This document shows positions 60,241 through 64,000 of a DNA stretch of 64,000 nt, piece by piece. The DNA is taken from assembly GCA_964016885.1 (NCBI GenBank), contig OZ024753.1, positions 25,110,001-25,174,000 of the forward strand. The letters run 5' to 3'. This DNA is from Eledone cirrhosa (lineage: Eukaryota). How positions within the stretch are numbered: the first letter of the stretch is position 1; each line of letters starts with the position of its first letter. The notes under the pieces are model-generated. The model did no database searches. It was not told the origin of the DNA and saw only the letters and a list, made by a program, of their open reading frames with translations. Position numbers and translations under genes: made by a program.

Positions 60241-63200
60241 CAATCAAGACATAGAAACATGATAGTAATAACTCCAGTCTAGATATAGAAACATGATAGT
60301 AATTACTCCAGTCAAGATATAGAAACATGATAGTAATAACTCCAACCAAGACATAGAAACATGATAGTAATAACTCCAGTCAAGATATAGAAACATAATA
60401 GTAATAACTCCAATCAAGGTATAGAAACCTGATAGTAATAACTCCAGTCAAGATATAGTAACATGATAGTAATAACTCCAGCCAAGATATAGAAACATGA
60501 TAGTAATAACTCCAACCAAGACATAGAAACAGGATAGTAATAACTCCAACCAAGATATAGAAACAGAATAGTAATAACTCCAACCAAAATATAGAAACAT
60601 GATAGTAATAACTCCAAGCAAGATATAGAAACAGGATAGTAATAACTCCAACCAAGACATAGAAACAGGATCGTGATAACTCCAACCAAAATATGGAAAC
60701 ATGATAGTAATAACTGCAATCAAGACATAGAAACAGGATAGTAATAACTCCAACCAAGACATAGAAACAGGATAGTAATAACTCCAGCCAAGATATAGAA
60801 ACAGGATAGTAATAACTCCAACCAAGACATAGAAACAGGATAGTAATAACTCCAACCAAGATATAGAAACATGATAGTAATAACTCCAGCCAAGATATAG
60901 AAACAGGATAGTAATAACTCCCGCCAAGATATAGAAACATGATAGTAATAACTCCAGTCGAGACATAGAAACATGATAGAAATAACTCCAGTCAAGATAT
61001 AGAAACATGATAGTAATAACTCCAATCAAGGTATAGAAACATGATAGTAATAACTCCAGTCAAGATATAGAAACATGATAGTAATAACTCCAACCAAGAC
61101 ATAGAAACAGGATAGTAATAACTCCAACCAAGACATAGAAACAGGATAGTAATAACTCCAGACAAGACATAGAAACATGATAGTAATAACTCCAGCCAAG
61201 ACATAGAAACATGATAGTAATAATCCCGACAAGATATAGAAACATGATAGTAATAACTCCAGTCGAGACATAGAAACATGATAGAAATAACTCCAGTCAA
61301 GATATAGAAACATAATAGTAATAACTCCAATCAAGGTATAGAAACATGATAGTAATAACTCCAGTCAAGATATAGAAACATGATAGTAATATCTCCAGCC
61401 AAGATATAGAAACATGATAGTAATAACTCCAACCAAGACATAGAAACATGATAGTAATAACTCCAACCGAGACATAGAAACAGGATAGTAATAACTCCAA
61501 CCAAGATATAGAAACAGAATAGTAATAACTCCAACCAAAATATAGAAACATGATAGTAATAACTCCAAGCAAGATATAGAAACAGGATAGTAATAACTCC
61601 AACCAAGACATAGAAACAGGATCGTAATAACTCCAACCAAAATATGGAAACATGATAGTAATAACTGCAATCAAGACATAGAAACAGGATAGTAATAACT
61701 CCAACCAAGACATAGAAACAGGATAGTAATAACTCCAGCCAAGATATAGAAACAGGATAGTAATAACTCCAACCAAGACATAGAAACAGGATAGTAATAA
61801 CTCCAACCAAGATATAGAAACATGATAGTAATAACTCCAGCAAAGATATAGAAACAGGATAGTAATAACTCCAACCAAGACATAGAAACAGGATAGTAAT
61901 AACTCCAACCAAGATATAGAAACATGATAGTAATAACTCCAACCAAGACATAGAAACAGGATAGTAATAACTCCAACCAAGACATAGAAACAGGATAGTA
62001 ATAACTCCAGCCAAGATATAGAAACAGGATAGTAATAACTCCAACCAAGATATAGAAACAGGATAGTAATAACTCCAGCCAAGATATAGAAACAGGATAG
62101 TAATAACTCCAACCAAGACATAGAAACAGGATAGTAATAACTCCAACCAAGACATAGAAACAGGATAGTAATAACTCCAGCCAAGATATAGAAACATGAT
62201 AGTAATAACTCCAACCAAGACATAGAAACAGGATAGTAATAACTCCAACCAAGATATAGAAACATGATAATAATAACTCCAACCAAAATATAGAAACATG
62301 ATAGTAATAACTCCAAACAAGATATAGAAACATGACAGTAATAACTCCAACCAAGACATAGAAACATGATAGTAATAACTCCAGTCAAGATATAGAAACA
62401 TGATAGTAATAACCCCAATCAAGTTATAGAAACATGATAGTAATAACTCCAACCAAGACATAGAAACATGATAGTAATAACTCCCGCCAAGATATAGAAA
62501 CATGATAGTAATAACTCCAACCAAGACATAGAAACAGGATAGTAATAACTCCAACCAAGACATAGAAACAGGATAGTAATAACTCCAGACAAGACATAGA
62601 AACATGATAGTAATAACTCCAGCCAAGACATAGAAACATGATAGTAATAATCCCGACAAGATATAGAAACATGATAGTAATAACTCCAGTCGAGACATAG
62701 AAACATGATAGAAATAACTCCAGTCAAGATATAGAAACATGATAGTAATAACTCCAGTCAAGATATAGAAACATGATAGTAATAACTCCAATCAAGACAT
62801 AGAAACATGATAGTAATAACTCCAGTCTAGATATAGAAACATGATAGTAATAACTCCAGTCAAGATATAGAAACATGATAGTAATAACTCCAACCAAGAC
62901 ATAGAAACATGATAGTAATAACTCCAGTCAAGATATAGAAACATAATAGTAATAACTCCAATCAAGGTATAGAAACCTGATAGTAATAACTCCAGTCAAG
63001 ATATAGTAACATGATAGTAATATCTCCAGCCAAGATATAGAAACATGATAGTAATAACTCCAACCAAGACATAGAAACAGGATAGTAATAACTCCAACCA
63101 AGATATAGAAACAGAATAGTAATAACTCCAACCAAGATATAGAAACAGAATAGTAATAACTCCAACCAAAATATAGAAACATGATAGTAATAACTCCAAG

Positions 63201-64000
63201 CAAGATATAGAAACAGGATAGTAATAACTCCAACCAAGACATAGAAACATGATAGTAATAACTCCAACCGAGACATAGAAACAGGATAGTAATAACTCCA
63301 ACCAAGATATAGAAACAGAATAGTAATAACTCCAACCAAAATATAGAAACATGATAGTAATAACTCCAAGCAAGATATAGAAACAGGATAGTAATAACTC
63401 CAACCAAGACATAGAAACAGGATCGTAATAACTCCAACCAAAATATGGAAACATGATAGTAATAACTGCAATCAAGACATAGAAACAGGATAGTAATAAC
63501 TCCAACCAAGACATAGAAACAGGATAGTAATAACTCCAACCAAGACATAGAAACAGGATAGTAATAACTCCAACCAAGACATAGAAACAGGATAGTAATA
63601 ACTCCAGCCAAGATATAGAAACAGGATAGTAATAACTCCAACCAAGATATAGAAACAGGATAGTAATAACTCCAGCCAAGATATAGAAACAGGATAGTAA
63701 TAACTCCAACCAAGACATAGAAACAGGATAGTAATAACTCCAACCAAGACATAGAAACAGGATAGTAATAACTCCAGCCAAGATATAGAAACAGGATAGT
63801 AATAACTCCAACAAAGACATAGAAACAGGATAGTAATAACTCCAACCAAGATATAGAAACATGATAGTAATAACTCCAGCCAAGATATAGAAACAGGATA
63901 GTAATAACTCCAACCAAGACATAGAAACAGGATAGTAATAACTCGAACCAAGATATAGAAACATGATTGTAATAACTCCAACCAAGACATAGAAACAGGA
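60100..64000. repeat. Rearranged domain-C HOR variants, local offset 2548 bp (75 monomers -2)
   Basis: ORF starts at 60380/62928 and 60414/62962. The private variants GAAACCTGA and GATATAGTAAC at ~60424-60462 recur at ~62972-63010. Confidence 0.75.

Larger units (their letters stand above)
1..64000. repeat. 34-bp tandem satellite array, 1,882 complete monomers plus a 16-bp partial, single orientation, running off both window ends
   Basis: The monomer AGACATAGAAACAGGATAGTAATAACTCCAACCA starts at 1, 35, 69 and so on, and is still in exact phase at 22509 (1+34x662). The last unit starts at 63985 = 1+34x1882-4, matching the net of the indels I counted (-1, +12, -15). Consensus + strand composition is 17A/7C/5G/5T. 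Confidence 0.99.
47560..64000. repeat. Satellite domain C, marked by a 33-bp monomer (AATAATCCCGACA / AATAATCACGACA), interrupted by a domain-B island at ~51921-52800
   Basis: I counted 15 copies of the -1 monomer (first starts at 48121, last ~62630). Other markers are CAAGGTATAG, CTGCAATC, GGATCGT and GATAGAAATAAC following GTCGAGAC. The left boundary is approximate. Confidence 0.88.

Noticed and set aside
96-63990. Hundreds of minus-strand ORFs (60-486 aa) as real CDS
   Set aside because: They overlap in all three frames with the same peptide. The repeat length is not a multiple of 3, stops track one common variant, and there are no unique domains or flanking gene signals.
1-64000. CRISPR array (34-bp repeat is in the CRISPR size range)
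   Set aside because: Repeats abut directly with no spacers, and there is no leader or cas gene.
1-64000. Telomerase-synthesised repeat
   Set aside because: There is no canonical telomere motif, and kb-scale inherited variant patterns indicate DNA-level duplication rather than copying from one RNA template.
1-64000. Sequencing artefact (rolling-circle concatemer or collapsed consensus)
   Set aside because: Hierarchical, heritable variant patterns, very few indels and unit-private SNPs fit a genuine evolved array. Individual near-identical duplications still need read support.
1-64000. Antigenic-variation cassette or diversity-generating template array
   Set aside because: No expression locus, recombinase, reverse transcriptase or conserved coding frame is present in the window.
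1-64000. GATA-like or promoter-like motifs (TGATAG, TAATAA) in each monomer
   Set aside because: Short motifs repeated by construction give no evidence of regulatory function.

Overview
The whole 64,000-bp window is one uninterrupted head-to-tail tandem array (satellite or very long minisatellite) of a 34-bp monomer. The consensus is AGA(C/T)ATAGAAACA(G/T)GATAGTAATAACTCCA(AC/GC/GT)CA. Phase counting gives 1,882 complete monomers plus 16 bp, all in one orientation. I see no unique sequence, gene, RNA gene, transposon or CRISPR spacer. All listed ORFs are minus-strand by-products of a monomer whose reverse complement lacks stop codons, so I do not call them CDS. The informative structure is in the variants. 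There are three sequence domains: A ~1-27.0 kb, B ~27.1-47.5 kb, and C ~47.6-64 kb with a B island at ~51.9-52.8 kb. Nested higher-order repeats have offsets of 1564, 1836, 2313, 1633/1701 (3334 combined), 1698, 5266, 2548 and ~6.4-6.5 kb. Only three indel types occur. One duplication breakpoint maps to 6 bp, and a CpG-rich palindromic variant monomer (CGACGTCG) recurs 11 times. The organism and any function cannot be determined from the sequence. The architecture is typical of eukaryotic satellite DNA (inference). I found no evidence of a novel gene-encoded system.
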